64,000 nt of DNA from Mytilus californianus (Eukaryota), in NCBI RefSeq assembly GCF_021869535.1, contig NW_026262701.1, positions 48,918,001 to 48,982,000 on the forward strand, written 5' to 3'. The notes under the pieces are model-generated. The model saw only the letters and a list, made by a program, of their open reading frames with translations. It was not told the DNA's origin and searched no databases. A program made the position numbers and the translations under genes. Position 1 is the first letter of the stretch. Every line of letters starts with the position of its first letter. Below are positions 1 to 13,598 of this stretch, in pieces.

Positions 1-904
1 GTAGCATTGGACCATTTAATCTCCTTGTGTCGTGCCGTGCAGTAAGGAGGGTAATTTTGAAGATTTTTTTCAAAGGCTAACAAAAAGGACGTCAATAAAA
101 ACTTATTATGTATTAAAAACAAGATGTTGACGACATTTTACTTATGGGACGACCATTCGATTTTCAGGAGAGGAGGATTTTGGTCTTATTAGAACTGAAA
201 ATATATGACTTTGCACAAGACAGCGTGAAAATGAATAGTTTGCAATATAAGATACAGGACAGATGAGGATACAAATGTGTACAAAAATGAAAATCAACGT
301 TCGCGCGGCAATAAAATAAGAATGCCAAGCAACAGATAGATCAATCTGAAAACATCCTCCTGCAAGTCACTTAGCTACACTTCTCCCATTCTATCGCAAA
401 ACCTGTGCTAAATGGAAGAGACCCTTTTTCTATGCTGGATGTGTAAATGTGCAGCCACGTTAGATATAAATGGGGACGTTACATCTGTTGCCTCGTGTAG
501 AAAAAAGAGAGAAAAATAGTGACATGCTCGCCCAACTTTGAAGAATCTTCGTAACATATCTTTGTGGAGTCCGTGTTTTTATAGGTGACATGGGAAACAT
601 ATTTTTAGTAATTGTCAACAAACAACTAATCATTGCGCATATTATATATAATATTTTTTAAAAATTTCAAAATAAATAAGGAAAATTACAAATATAAATA
701 AAGGTCTTAGATAAAACGAACTATCAATACTAAAATCTATATATCATATTTATATTGATTTTAAATGAATCAAATAAATGTATGTAAAAGTAAAATATCA
801 ACACTGCATTCAAATTCCAGCTTCTATGAAGGTTCTAAATTATATGTATAACCAACAGTCGGTAATCTGTAGGATGGCGACTGCTAACGAATGCCAACCC
901 TTAG

Positions 905-1622
905 CAAATAAAATTGAGAATGGAAATGGGGAATGTGTCAAAGAGACAACAACCCGACCATAGAGCAGACAACAGCCGAAGGCCACCAATGGGTCTTCAA
1001 TGCAGCGAGAAACTCCCACACCAGGAGGCGTCCTTCAGCTGGCCCCTAAACAAATATGTATACTAGTTCAGTAATAATGGACGTCATACTAAACTCCAAA
1101 TTATACACAGGAAATAAAATTAAAAATGATACAAGACTAACAAAGGCCAGAGACTCCTGACTTGGGACAGGCGCAAAATGCGGCGGGGTTAACATGTTTT
1201 TGAGATCTCAACCCTCCCCCTATACCTCTAGCCAATGTAGAAAAAACAAACGCACAACAGTACGCACAGTAAAACTCAGTATAAGTGAAGTCCGAGTCCG
1301 ATGTCAGAATAGGAAACAAAAGAAAATAAACAAAATGACAATAATACATAAATAACAACAGACTACTAGCAGTTACTAACATGCCAGCTCCAGACCTCAA
1401 TTAAACTGATTGAAAGATTATGTCTTCATCATATGAATATCAGGCACAATCCCTCCTGTTAGGGATTTAGTACTATACCGTCATAAAATATATGAGAAGA
1501 ACATAACCCGTGTCATGCCAACAACTGGTTTTAGAATAAATGACTTTTTGTGTTTAATTCCGATGCAAAGACCCTATAAGTCAATCAATATTAAAGCCAA
1601 AATATGCAATCTTTAATGACCT
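905..1622. repeat. Interspersed repeat (abundant mytilid-type element)
   Basis: Begins AAAATTGAGAATGGAAATGGGGAATGTGTCAAAGAGACAACAACCCGACC; a second partial copy of the same start lies at ~5038-5105. No credible ORF. Confidence 0.55.
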
Positions 1623-4600
1623 GCAGTATATTTGTTTTAAAGAAATTAAACCTACTCAGAAAAATGCACAAACTTCGTGGTGTCGACTTACCAAAATAAA
1701 GATCTTATGAACGCCTGAACAATTTTGACATTGTTATTTTTTGTTATATGTTTCTACTTCTGATGTTATCACAACTTCCTGTTAAGATTTGACTAAGTAC
1801 CCATATCCCAGTATCGTCATGAAGATTCTCTAATATATGATGTGACTCATTACATTAAAATTATAAATTTGAAAGTCAGTCATCCAAGTTAATTTCATTG
1901 TATTGTTTGCACATGCATGTCTAATTGTATCGTATGGTAATGTTTAAAAATGTTCTCTTTAACTATGTTATTAGTTTTATTGAGAAAAGTAATTCAGCAT
2001 CATCATTATCAAATATTGTCGTCCTACGACGTATGAGACCAGGTAGAGACCAGGTAGAAAGTAAATTACAATCAAATCGATATATCGTAAGTTAAAACTG
2101 CGTTTCTTCCAGTTTAGAAAAAAAAGTATAATAAAAACACCGAATTCCAAGGCAAATTTAAAAAGAAGATTCCCATAAAAGCTGACTAAATCAAACGCTT
2201 TCAATTAACGGAACAAGTGAGAGAAAAAAAACTGCCATATTCCTGACTTGGTACAGGCATTTTCCGAAGAAAAGATACAAAGAAGTAGAATTCCAGATAT
2301 TCTTGGTCAAGCAAAACATAATAAAAAAAAATCAAATTAAAAATGAATCAATATCGATTCTAAGGCATCGATATGACCAGTACATGGTATCTTTATTCCC
2401 CCATGTTCAGATTTCAAGTAAACAGAAATATGTCAACCATGAAATTAAAGAGACAGGAGATTGAAAGGTTTTTTTTAATTTTTTTCATTTCTATTTTTAC
2501 ATTCATTTATTAATAATGTGATCCTAGCAGTGAGGAAACATAAATTATTGACTTAGATTTTTTTTAAAGATGTAGTATTTAACATGATTAAAAAATAATA
2601 TGTTAAAACATATTTATGATCGATAATAACATAAGAAAAGAAGAAAATCGATATATATATATATAGAGTATAAGTCTCGAAGTTAGTGTTGTATCATATT
2701 ACGAGCATGTAATTCATCAGTGTATTGATAGCATGTCTTCCTCTCCCTCTTCAATGTAGACTGTCTAGATATCAACAACGTCAGCACCAGCATTTCGATT
2801 CTTTACTTAAGCTAAATATTATTGACATTTTAATATTTTAAGACATAATACTAATCTTACAATACTGCGATTTCAGTATGCATTCTATCATAAAACGAAT
2901 ATCATTCCACTTACTTTTTTTTAAGTTCAAACTATATTTATTATAAAAAAATAGAGGTACAGCATACATTTGTTGATGTGTTTTTGACAGCAACAGCATC
3001 TTATTCTCAATGTATGAAGAAAGTGTATTATTGTTTCGTTTTAAAACAAAATGCCCAACAAAATAAACTGTGCTACTTCATAAATACAAGCTATACCACC
3101 CTGCCAAATAGTTTATAAGAACATATAGCTTTATTGCAATGTAAATTTCTTTTTTTTTCAAAAATATCAGCTAAAACTGTTGATAAAGTCGAAAAAATAT
3201 AATACATTACAGTTCAAATGTATTTGTTTATTGAATATATTGATTCTTATCGGCATAACAAGTTATGGAACTTTTCATCACGGTTATTTTCAGTGACTAA
3301 GGAATATCAAGAAAGTAAAAAAAAAGAAATCAGACCTTGTTTTTTTCATATGCGGCAGAACAAACGGGGATAGAGGACAAAGCTGTGGGTTTAAATCTTT
3401 GGTTATGACAAATATTCACTTTATTATATTTTTTTCTGTTTTCAATTTACTACTTTAAAACAGGACAGGTTATACATCGATTAAAAAACTATTGATACCA
3501 TGTACTGACCATTCAAATGCCTTAGTATCAACATTGAATAAGTTTTGTATTAATAAATCTTTATTCAGTTATGGTTGAACTTAAAACAAAACAACAAATG
3601 TTTTGTACATCCCGTTTAATAAACAAGAAAATTTCGTTCCACCAAATTAACCAACCTCCAGAATAAACCAGTATAGTCATTAAATCAGCAAATCCCTCTT
3701 TAAAAAATAGAATTATGATGAGAATAGAAAACATGTTTTAAAGAAAAAAAATATAAAAAAAAAACGCTACACCAAAATCACTGGAAAATTGAAAACAAAA
3801 TTGATAAAAGAGAGCAACTTAATTTTAATTTGAATAGTTAAACATAACATTTAAATATTTATTACTCGTCTAGCAGAAAGAAAGTTTTGATAACAATAAA
3901 TATGTTGTCAACAAACTAACCTAAATCTAAAATTTGGTAAAGGATAATAATCGCAGTATAATGTTTTGAAACTGGAACGTATGAGACAATCAGAAAACAA
4001 AACTCGCCATAGTCTCATTGTGTTACATGTTGGCCAAATGGTTATCTAGACATGCTAGAGGTGTAGAAAAATTGTTACCTGATCGTTTTTTTTTCAACTA
4101 GCTGATATTTAAAACCAATTTCAACTGATTTTTATAGATTTTTCATAATTTGTGCTGTCACACTACCGTCTCAGATAAGAGTGAGGGATGAGTGCTGACA
4201 ACAACTGGACAAACTGCAATATTCTGTATGTGCCTTTCCAAATTTAGGAACGAGTGAAAAATATAAAAAAAAATGAATATCATGGCTTTATCAATTCACA
4301 TATTTGTCACGAGTTCCACGTGATCTGTGTGGATTGTTAATCAATGTCACGATCCGGTAAATTTTGGCAACAAACTCGTTAAAAAAAGATTGGGATCAAC
4401 AATCACCGAATAAAATATTATTTGTCGACAATACGTTATGAATTTGTAATAAATATACACAAAAAAGTGCATACAGGATTTAGTACAGTATATATGCATT
4501 GGTTAAATGATTTGGATAACATTTAAACTACAAGAAACACTCATGAGTCAGGTCTAATATTTCCATAATATTTTTTACATACATTTATAACTATATCGTA

Positions 4601-4761
4601 ATCAGTTAACCAATTTAAAAAAAACAGTATCTGGCAAAAATTTCTTCTTTAAAAACATGTTCATAATTATGCAATAGGAAAGTTATAACGATTGTTGTTT
4701 TTATCATTCAAACTTACATAAGACTAAGTTGTGAGAGAAAAGGACTAAATACAACAAGAAG

Positions 4762-4967
4762 TAAAATAACAAAAATACTGAACTCCAAGGAAAATTGAAA
4801 ACGGAAAGGCCATTAACAAATGGCAAAATCAAAAGCTCAAACACTTCAAACGAGTGGAAAACAACTGTCATATTCCTGACTTGATACAGGCATTTCCTTA
4901 TGTAGAAAATGGTGAATTAAACCTGGTTTTAAAGTAGCTAAACCTCTCACTTGTATGACAGTCGCAA
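4762..4967. repeat. Interspersed repeat, second family
   Basis: Shares AACTG(T/C)CATATTCCTGACTTG(A/G)TACAGGCATTT and upstream sequence with a copy at ~2090-2265. Confidence 0.55.
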
Positions 4968-7574
4968 GGCAACTATATGTAGCCACCGGTAAAAGAAAAC
5001 AGACAACATGCCCAGAAGACAACAAACAGTCAATCAAATAAAATTGACAATGGAAATGGGGAATGTGTCAAAAAGACAACAACCCGACCATAGAGCAGAC
5101 AACAGCTTCACAGAAAACTAAATTTTAAGTTGCATGCAACTCTCACAGATCCGCTGTGAAATGAACCAATGTGTTCAGATCAGAGACACCGTTTGGTATA
5201 TGTACGAAAGAGGAAAAAACAATAGTATACATTGATGGAATAATGTATTCTTTCTCCCAACATTTCTTACATTTTTTCTTATTTTCTTAGCATTATCAAC
5301 ATTGAAATTTCCCCTTTAAATTTGAGATACCTCAATAAGAAAAAACGAGTGTACTTCCTTCAAATGTGATAGATGTTAAAATGACATATGTTTAAATCCG
5401 AACCAGCTGCATTTTATGCATATAATTATTATGTTTAACGCTGATCGATAGTATCCATGTATATTGTGTAACATGTTTTATGTTAAACAGCTTGTAATTG
5501 TTTGTGAAAATCAAACGAATAAAATCTGTTAACCTTTAGTAGCGCAAGAAAAATGTCTGAATATAACTATTATAATACATGTTATAATTGATGATAATAA
5601 CAAAGATTTTGTAGAAAAGGTCTAGATGAATCTGCATGCCACTTAGGTATTGTAAGTATTCTGTTGTCACATTTTTATCTAACTATAACAATCGAGTCGT
5701 ACATTTTTTTAGTAAGAGGGGATTAACAGGAAAGATGAAACCCAAATATATGTATTTTAGATGTATCTAATTATGTAGTGTATTGTCAAAAAAGGACAAC
5801 ACCTTAATGCTATGTGCAAAACTTCTCGGATTATGCGGTACGATTTCATCAATTTTAAATATGGGGAAAATCAATTTGTTGGTTTGACTAATATAGAATG
5901 TACACGAAAAATATAGTAAGTGTTCACATATAAATATGAATGGACGATCGATGACCACTTTCACATCAAATGTTTACCTTGTTTATACTTTTTAGGGGTG
6001 AATTTTATAAATGAAAGAGGATGTCCCATAATGGCGGGATTTTTCATTTGATCTCTGAAAAAATGCAAGGCACACAGTTGTGTTATGTTTTAAAAAATCG
6101 TCAATGACAATCATTTAAATTTTAAATCAGGGAAGAAGAGTGTCCATACGTTCTTAATTTCGAAAGGTCTCCTTAAATCTCCATTCATTGCTGCCTTCAG
6201 AAGTGTATTCATAATATTCGATGTACAATGAGCTCACGGGTCTCTGACCCTTTCAAAAAAACCTTAGGTTTTGAATGGTTAATCCTCCCTTTATTACAAA
6301 TATGCTGTTGTTCCAACAGACAAAACCTAAAAATGATATTGTTAATTATTGAAAAAAAAACACATTTGGAATGTTTTACTAAAGAACTTCGAGTTAACCA
6401 CATATACATAAACACCTAAATCATTCACGAAAGAATAGATTTTAGAGAATCACAAATCCGTCCTTCTCTACTTTGGTATTAACATAAAAAAGGACAATGA
6501 AAATCCCTCATCGTTATACTGAATACCTTAACTTCACAAAAATCCTTATAAAGACAATATGTAGCCTGGTCGTCTAAATGTACGACTAAACATCTTTCAT
6601 AAGTTCTTACCGATATTATTTCTACAATAAAAGGCTTTGTCAAATTTACTATCTACACCTTTTTTGTTTGCGTCTTTCAAAAATTAATTTGTATGTTTGT
6701 TTGAATTTTTTAGTCAGTTGTGGTGTATATCTGTTATGTCTGTTCACACAGTTTTGGCTGCTTGCTGAATCCCAATTATGGTCACATTAACCTGTTATGT
6801 CTGATTGGGTTGCTCATCAATTTTTGTCAATATAACAGAACTATAATCAACTGGCACCCTTCCATGGCAACTTATATCTTCTATTGCAGGATATGTTTAC
6901 CATTCAAGAGCAGCTTGTTTGATTACTATTCGAGGAACATTTTTTATTGAAGGTAACTAAAAATGCAAAATTTTAAACAGGCAAATTAATAAGATGTTTG
7001 ATGAACTTTGACGAACAAATCTGAGTAAATATGACCGGTTTCATGCGTCTCATATAATTCAAAGCAGTAAGGTTAATCATATAATTTGCATTTTCTCTCA
7101 TTTCTCTAAAACAAAAATATTTTTTTTGATTTTTTATTTATTTATTTTGCTTGCATGTTTTGAAAAAATTTCATTAGGACTATATCGCTATTTTTGAGAG
7201 GGATAAAAAAAGAATCGAATTGCTATTGATGTATTTTCCACAATAAAAATAAATGTGAATGACACAGCACTGTAGAAGTCATTGGGTTTAATAATGACAG
7301 AAATATCGTCTTTTGTTATCTTTAGATGACCTGCAGGCAACGCCAAATTATTTCAAGAGAACAAAGTCACTTATGTATAAACCAAGACAGTTTCGAGTTG
7401 ATTTAATATTGAGTCAAAACCTAAAGAATGAAAAATTGCGCAAGTTTCCTGCTTGAATAAAATATAATCCATTTTGGTTTTCTCTGATTAACCAACAACA
7501 CTTCTCTTTCATAGACTAATGTTCACCAAAACAATATTTATATATAATTTGATATAGATGTTGCAGATCAGTAA

Positions 7575-7850
7575 TAATAATAATAATAATATCTTTAATC
7601 AGTGACTGTTAAACGTCCAGCTGCAAATTAAAAGCATGTTCGTAATATATTGCTCTGTATTAGACCGACATGCTGAGATTTTTAACTATAGTTCACTAGG
7701 TAACTGTCTGTAGGAAGACAAGTCACTCTACCTGGACACATTTTACTGCCTCAGAGCCAACCAGTCTTTGCTCTTACTCCTAAATGTCGCTAGCAAAGAA
7801 GACAAGTAGGAAATACCAATTTCATAACGTTTTTGACCTGGTCGATGATA
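7575..7850 (-). mobile_element. SINE-like fragment
   Basis: Reverse strand reads ...CTGGACGTTTAACAG... followed by a (TTA)n tail; resembles the ...CTG(G/T)ACGTTAAGC 3' end seen at ~20872-20935. Confidence 0.4.
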
Positions 7851-8174
7851 TAAACACACGTTTTATTGTGTACCTCTGTGGTGTGTCTGAAACGGTAAAG
7901 TTAAACTAGTCTCAACAATAGGAAACTTAGATTTCTGATTGGAGTCATTCTGATCGTTTCTTTGAAGTCTAAAGATAACACAGGCAAACTTTTTTGAACT
8001 CATGATAAACCACACGAAATCATTTCTGGATAGTGAGCTTATTTTCCATTTCTTGGTCTAAGGCAGATAACTCGCGTAACTGAAGACGCACGTTTTTGTC
8101 CCGAATTCAACTAGAGGCGTACAATTACATATACTTCGCCTTTAGCAATGAACAATCCATCAATTTTAGTTTGC

Positions 8175-8505
8175 CTAACGACGACCAGTTGCAAATACTT
8201 CATGCGTGTTCATGATAAAAACATATATTTATAACCGTGTGGACAACAATGATATACCCATAACCGTGTGGACAACAATGATAGCCAATTAAGATTGGAG
8301 TCGAGCGTACCAGCTTTGTGTGGAATTCGAACTCACAACCTCAGTTGACAAGCTAGTGATACAGAAGTTCGACTACTTTTTCTCTTGATAAAATTTTATT
8401 CAAATATGAACAAGAAAAATTCACCAGACAGTACCTGGTGTCACAAACAAACAGTTACATGTATTCAATTAAAACCCAAACCAAAAGCAATTAAACTAGT
8501 TTGAC
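8175..8505 (-). mobile_element. tRNA-derived SINE, interrupted
   Basis: Minus strand has an A-box-like TGGCCGAGTGG...TCTAAG head and a B-box-like GTTCGAATTCC, then GCTCGACTCCAATCTT, also seen on + at ~10838-10900. No complete cloverleaf. Confidence 0.5.
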
Positions 8506-10929
8506 TACTTAGACCACTCGACCACTCGGCCACTGAGGCCCCGTTCTGCTAACAATACACAACATTAGAAAAGTCAATTGCTACACACAACCATGCATCC
8601 GTTCTTTTATTAGTTTAATAAATTTTGTACACCTGTTCAAGGGGTCTTCGATTCAGTCCGACAGCTCATTAATCGATCAAACGGTCATTCTTATTAGTCC
8701 AAACAAACATTTCGTAGTAAAACCTGTTAGTCTTACAGACATTAATGCATATAAAGATAAATAATAATAAGAAGATGTGGTATGATGCCAAATCAGACAA
8801 ATACCCACCAGGGACCAACAGACAGCAACTAAAGATTCCCGTACGACCTTCAACAATAAGCAAAACCAATATCGCATAGCAATTAAGCTACAAAAGGCCT
8901 TAACACGAAAAACACGAGAAAAATAACGGTCTCATTTCTGTACATAACAATAAACACAAAATTAAAATGATATACAGCGATTTGCATCTGTGATTAAAAG
9001 TTGAGTGGATGAAGAAGAACGCGAGAAAAAAAACACGGAACCCGCATGGAAACGGGCAAATGGTCCGTACTGTCGCTTTAAATTGGTCAACATACTTATT
9101 TTCTAATTGAAATTAATGACTTGGTGAATCTAAGTCCTTATCTTTGTCTTGTATTTAAGAAAATACAAAATCAAGGTTTCTTTGGACATTTTTTATAATG
9201 CAAGTCTTGGTTTTAAATTATTGGCGAGTAAGCATAAGACGTCATTAATAGAAAACAATCACTCCAAGAAAAAACAGGCATCTCCATTTACAAATCCCTA
9301 TAAGGATCTGTACAGGTTTTCATTTCGGTATCAAAAAAGTTGATATATAAGCCGCCGTCCATTATTGTGCGTGTCGAGTTTTTTTTCAAATAGATTGTTT
9401 GATTCCATAAGTATTTGGAAAGAAAAATAAATAAATTGTTTCAGAAAAAAGAAAAAAAAAATACTAATTGATTTACATTTAAAGTTTTTTTTTTATAATG
9501 AATTTTCTTTATTGTAACAAATAGACTAGCACAACATGTATGAACAAAGGTATACAGAATGACATATTCACACAAAGGAAGTATTAAATAATTAAACAAC
9601 AATTGAATATATGATGGTGCAACAATAGGTTGAAAATAAATAATTTTCTTATAACATTGGAATCTTATTTGTTCTTGCAATATCTATTAGTGGTGTTTCA
9701 ATCAAAATTCGACATTTATTATTTATTCTATAATAGGGGCCCAGGGACTCCAGTATTTGTTATATTCATCTACAGAGAGGTTTTTAAATGAAATGTATTT
9801 TTCTAAGTTCAAGTGTTCCTTTATATTCTAATTCGTCACCTCAAACGCATATAAAGTATTTATAAAATAAAAACAAACATTTGTTACATAGGAATAGCTC
9901 GCCAGCATGTGCAGCTTACTGTTAAATTTTATTAAAACAAAATATTGAGTCCCGATGTCATGATATCGGCAACACCGCTGCGTAGTACACGACAGCCTAC
10001 AAAATAGAAAAACAAAATCAGAAATCATATATACATATAAATCTTAATAATCAAACAAACAATGTCCTACTGATAGTATAAATATATATCTATCTATGCG
10101 TGAAAACATTTCAAATATACAAGCATCTTAATCCGGGTGGGGGGAGAGGGGTCTTAACCTAAACAAAGCTGCCTTACTGAACCACGGCCACCAATCCAAC
10201 TAAGTCATACACAAATAATATGAAAACAAGTGCGTTAATCCGACTTCCGAGTATGCAGTAGAAGTAATAAACAATCAAGAATTGCTATACATTCACAAGG
10301 TAAGTCACCTATTTATATCATACGCTTTATATTTTTCAAAAAACCGAGAATGCCATTCGACCCTTTATTGTGTTTTCCTTCATGTGTTATCACAACTTTG
10401 TTGTACATTGAGTTGTATTTTTACTACAGCTTTTCTCCCGGTGAACAACGATACAATCTGCACGAAATTCTTACCGACATCTTATGTTATTTGTTAATAA
10501 GACACGTTATGCATGAGTACGGGTACATTTATTGATCGGTGTGATATATAGATTAATTCTATAAAGCAAAATACTTTATAATTGTACTAATTATCAAATT
10601 ATCGCAACAAAATTAAGAATGTATGGTTAAGAAGGACCATATATGACTTAAAAGTAACGAGTATGATTAAGTGAGAGATATTTTAGTAACCAACATGATG
10701 ATGTTCTTTTACACAATGTCAATGTTAATTATGAATAAATTCATCTTTAGGTACCGTCCTTTCTTTAGGGGATACATATCTAACAGTAACAATTAGCCAG
10801 TAAGCATGAAGGTTTAAATTCAACCCTGTTAAGGCGGATGCGCTCGACTCCTATCTTAGTTGACTGGGATTGCCAGTTTTCTTACCGAAGACCGGAGTGT
10901 CTACTGGAAGCCTTCAACAATAAAAGAAA

Positions 10930-11231
10930 ACTAATAGTCGAAAACTGAGCTAGCAAAACAATCCATTTAATGAAACACGCAGATCAAAACTATTTGCCTG
11001 GAAATGCAAATAATTATTGTACGCATCTATTTGCTATTTATCGTTATAAACAAGTTAGCAACCTGCATATCATATATAAATATTCTCGTCCTAAATTCAT
11101 TGCTAACTTGTTTATAACGATAAATAGCAAATAGATGCGTACAATAATTATTTGCATTTCCAGGCAAATAGTTTTGATCTGCGTGTTTCATTAAATGGAT
11201 TGTTTTGCTAGCTCAGTTTTCGACTATTAGT
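10930..11231. repeat. Perfect 132-bp inverted repeat (foldback) with 38-nt spacer
   Basis: 10930-11061 is the exact reverse complement of 11100-11231 by eye; spacer 11062-11099; no target-site duplication seen. Confidence 0.95.
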
Positions 11232-11232
11232 A

Positions 11233-11930
11233 TTAGATTTGGTCCGGACGCAAGTCATCTTTGTGATCTTTGCTCAACATTGGAACGTAATCCATTGGAG
11301 TACATAATGTCTTATAACTTCCATAAAAATCTTTGTATCCTCCCTTTAGAATATAAAGTTCAGGAAAATACAAGGAAGGATAATTGTCAGCATTTAATTC
11401 TCTGTCATGGTTAGAAATTATACGAACGCTTCCAATTGTATCATCGTATTTACCGTTTAAAACATGATTCATGGTGGCTGGAGTTATGTATCTTAGGTCA
11501 TGGCAGTGCCCCTGAATGGTTGGTAAACAACATTCTTCCTTTCCATCACCAGTGAGTACGGCGCCTTGACCTACGACATCTTCTGTTTTAATGAAGTTGT
11601 GCTTGATGGCGTCAACGGACAAGTTTTTATTGGTACTGAGAATCTGTGCATCAAACGACAAAGATTTTTTCAGTAATAGTTTTTGAGATCTGATGTACCT
11701 TTTCTTGCTATAAGATACAGGGGTATCACAGTCAGTATGGTTGTCAAATTTGTCGGCTCTTTTTCTCTTTGAGCTAAAGTCTGATTTAAACAAATTTAGT
11801 GTTGGTGAGTCGTCAAATTCAGAAAAGTCCATACCAAGTCCGGAATCTTCGTCGAACAAGCTTTTTATAAAGTCTGGAGTTTTGGGAATTGTACGACAGT
11901 TATCTCCGGTTGAACAATCCATCTCGGTTA
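11233..11930 (-). pseudogene. cdc25: Cdc25 copy 1, main exon: in-frame loss of catalytic core, 3'-truncated
   Basis: Homologous to the intact copy. A net 186-nt in-frame deletion at 11414-11415 removes DSRY..EGGHI through HCEFSSERGP. A 5-nt deletion near 11247 shifts the frame to ...DDLRPDQI*. AG acceptor at 11931-11932. Confidence 0.93.
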
Positions 11931-12701
11931 CTGAAATAAAGAAAAACAATGAAAATATTTTTTCTGCAAAGTTTTTGTTTATTTGTAGATTGCCTGGAAA
12001 TCATTCAAATAATTGAATAATTATAAAAATTTAATGTTCGGAATATAAAAACATATTAGCACGAGATACAAATAGAATTACTAGACATGTGGACCCTTTT
12101 CCTAATGATTCTAGCCGGGTACAAATAAGGTTTCTATCCGATACTGTATATGATTATATCTTTTATATTTATATGGTAATACCTTACTATACTGTAAATA
12201 ATTTGTGTTTGGACGTAAAGTGGGTTTTTGCGCTCTCAAACTTTTAAGATATTTTTGGTTTTCTATACTCGGTAAGTTTCGAGCGTTCATGATGAATGTT
12301 TGTCCGGAAACTCGAGTATAGCGCACGAAAGTTTTGATTTTTAAAAACAATGCCGCTGAACTTACGTTATTAACGTCAATAGTGTGTAAGCATCAAAAGC
12401 TTTAAAATTGAAAAAAAAACTACTATATTAACGCAATTTTCTTACCAGGTTACAAAAGCAGTTTAAAATATAAGGAGATGTGGTGTAAGTGCCAACGAGA
12501 CAACTGACCGCCACAGTCCAGATGGCTTTGATGTAAGCAACTATTATACCAAACAGCTTTTGACAATGAGAAAAACCCATGCCGTATAGTCTGTCCATGC
12601 ATAATTGTATTATGGATCATACCCTTATTACATATAACTGAAATACATTGAAAATATTTTGAAAATGATTATTAATTTTTCATTAATACATGTATACTTA
12701 C

Positions 12702-12714
12702 TTTTTTCGAACAT
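12702..12714 (-). pseudogene. cdc25: Cdc25 copy 1, coding micro-exon (ATG TTC GAA AAA A)
   Basis: Followed by a GTAAGT donor; phase 1 joins the main exon in frame (MFEKITEMDC...). TATA-like TTATAAAA at 12789-12796 and Inr-like TCATT 31 nt downstream. Confidence 0.75.
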
Positions 12715-13167
12715 TTTAATTGTGACCAGACAGTATTAGTATTGGCAGATGTCAGACAGAAAATGACCACTGTTGTAATCGCCAACTGTTTTATAAGCGG
12801 AAAATAATCATATTCTTCATCTCAATTACATCTAAACATTTGTATTACCCTTTATTAGATATAATTATGACTAATTATATTGTATATTCCATTGTCATAC
12901 AGGTAGATTTTTGTGATACAAAGAAATTATGTTGTAAAATATTGTAAACGAACGGTAAATACCTTAGTTAACGTCTGCAGAGTGTACATTTCCAGATGTT
13001 TCACTTTAAGATTGCATTAAAGTTAATCTTTTAAATATTAGAACCATAGGGTTAGGAAATTTGTTTATTATACATGATATATCATAAAAGATAGTTATCT
13101 GCAATAATCTATTTCGTTTATAATATGTTTGATGATTGGATCTCCGAAATCTACAGACGATCTCATT

Positions 13168-13598
13168 AGGAGACGACCAGTTGATTTTTTTTAATTTTAT
13201 TTTATCGATTTATTTATTTATTTTCGATTTAATTTTGTTTTGCTTTGTTTGTTTGTTTTTGCTTGTTTTTTGGTTGTTTGGTTTGTTGGTTGTTTTTTTA
13301 ATTTTTTTAAAATTTTTATTTTTTGGGGGGGGGGGGGGTCAGGAGTATTTTGAAAACGATTATCTGGGCCTGGTCTGGTAGAGGCTGAAAATAAATAACA
13401 TTACAAAACACAGGATGCAAATATTCTGCAACACAAAATGCAGGAAACAGTTGTGCACAAAAGTAAAAATAATTATTCGCGCGGCGAAGCTGCGGAAAAA
13501 AATAAGCGTGCATAGCAACATATGAAAATAAACAGTCAATCAGCACAAAATCCTCCTGCTCTGACCACCATCCCCAGAATATTAAATGGTCGTCCCCC
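13168..13598. mobile_element. MITE, PIF/Harbinger-like (second copy at ~24080-24520)
   Basis: Imperfect terminal inverted repeats GGAGACGACCAGTT / AAATGGTCGTCCCC with an internal poly-G tract; similar termini at 37838-38099. Confidence 0.55.

Noticed and set aside
5600-6960. Stretch that looks like decayed coding sequence
   Set aside because: No recognisable motif in any frame, with frequent stop codons.
6890-7456. Two possible + strand exons (6890-6952 and 7326-7456) with compatible phase, ending near AATAAA
   Set aside because: The peptide (GYVYHSRAAC...KLRKFPA) resembles no family I recognise, no upstream exon was found, and short open frames like this arise by chance. RNA-seq would be needed.
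8320-8505. tRNA-like A and B boxes (also ~10140-10215)
   Set aside because: SINE heads with no acceptor stem or complete cloverleaf.
11205-12016. Plus-strand ORFs overlapping the Cdc25 copies (also 21926-22204, 22653-22931, 31786-32247)
   Set aside because: Antisense shadows of the Cdc25 reading frame.
12111-12350. 79-aa ORF duplicated at 23026-23265
   Set aside because: It lies inside the Cdc25 intron, is conserved only because of the recent duplication, has no ATG start in good context and no domain.
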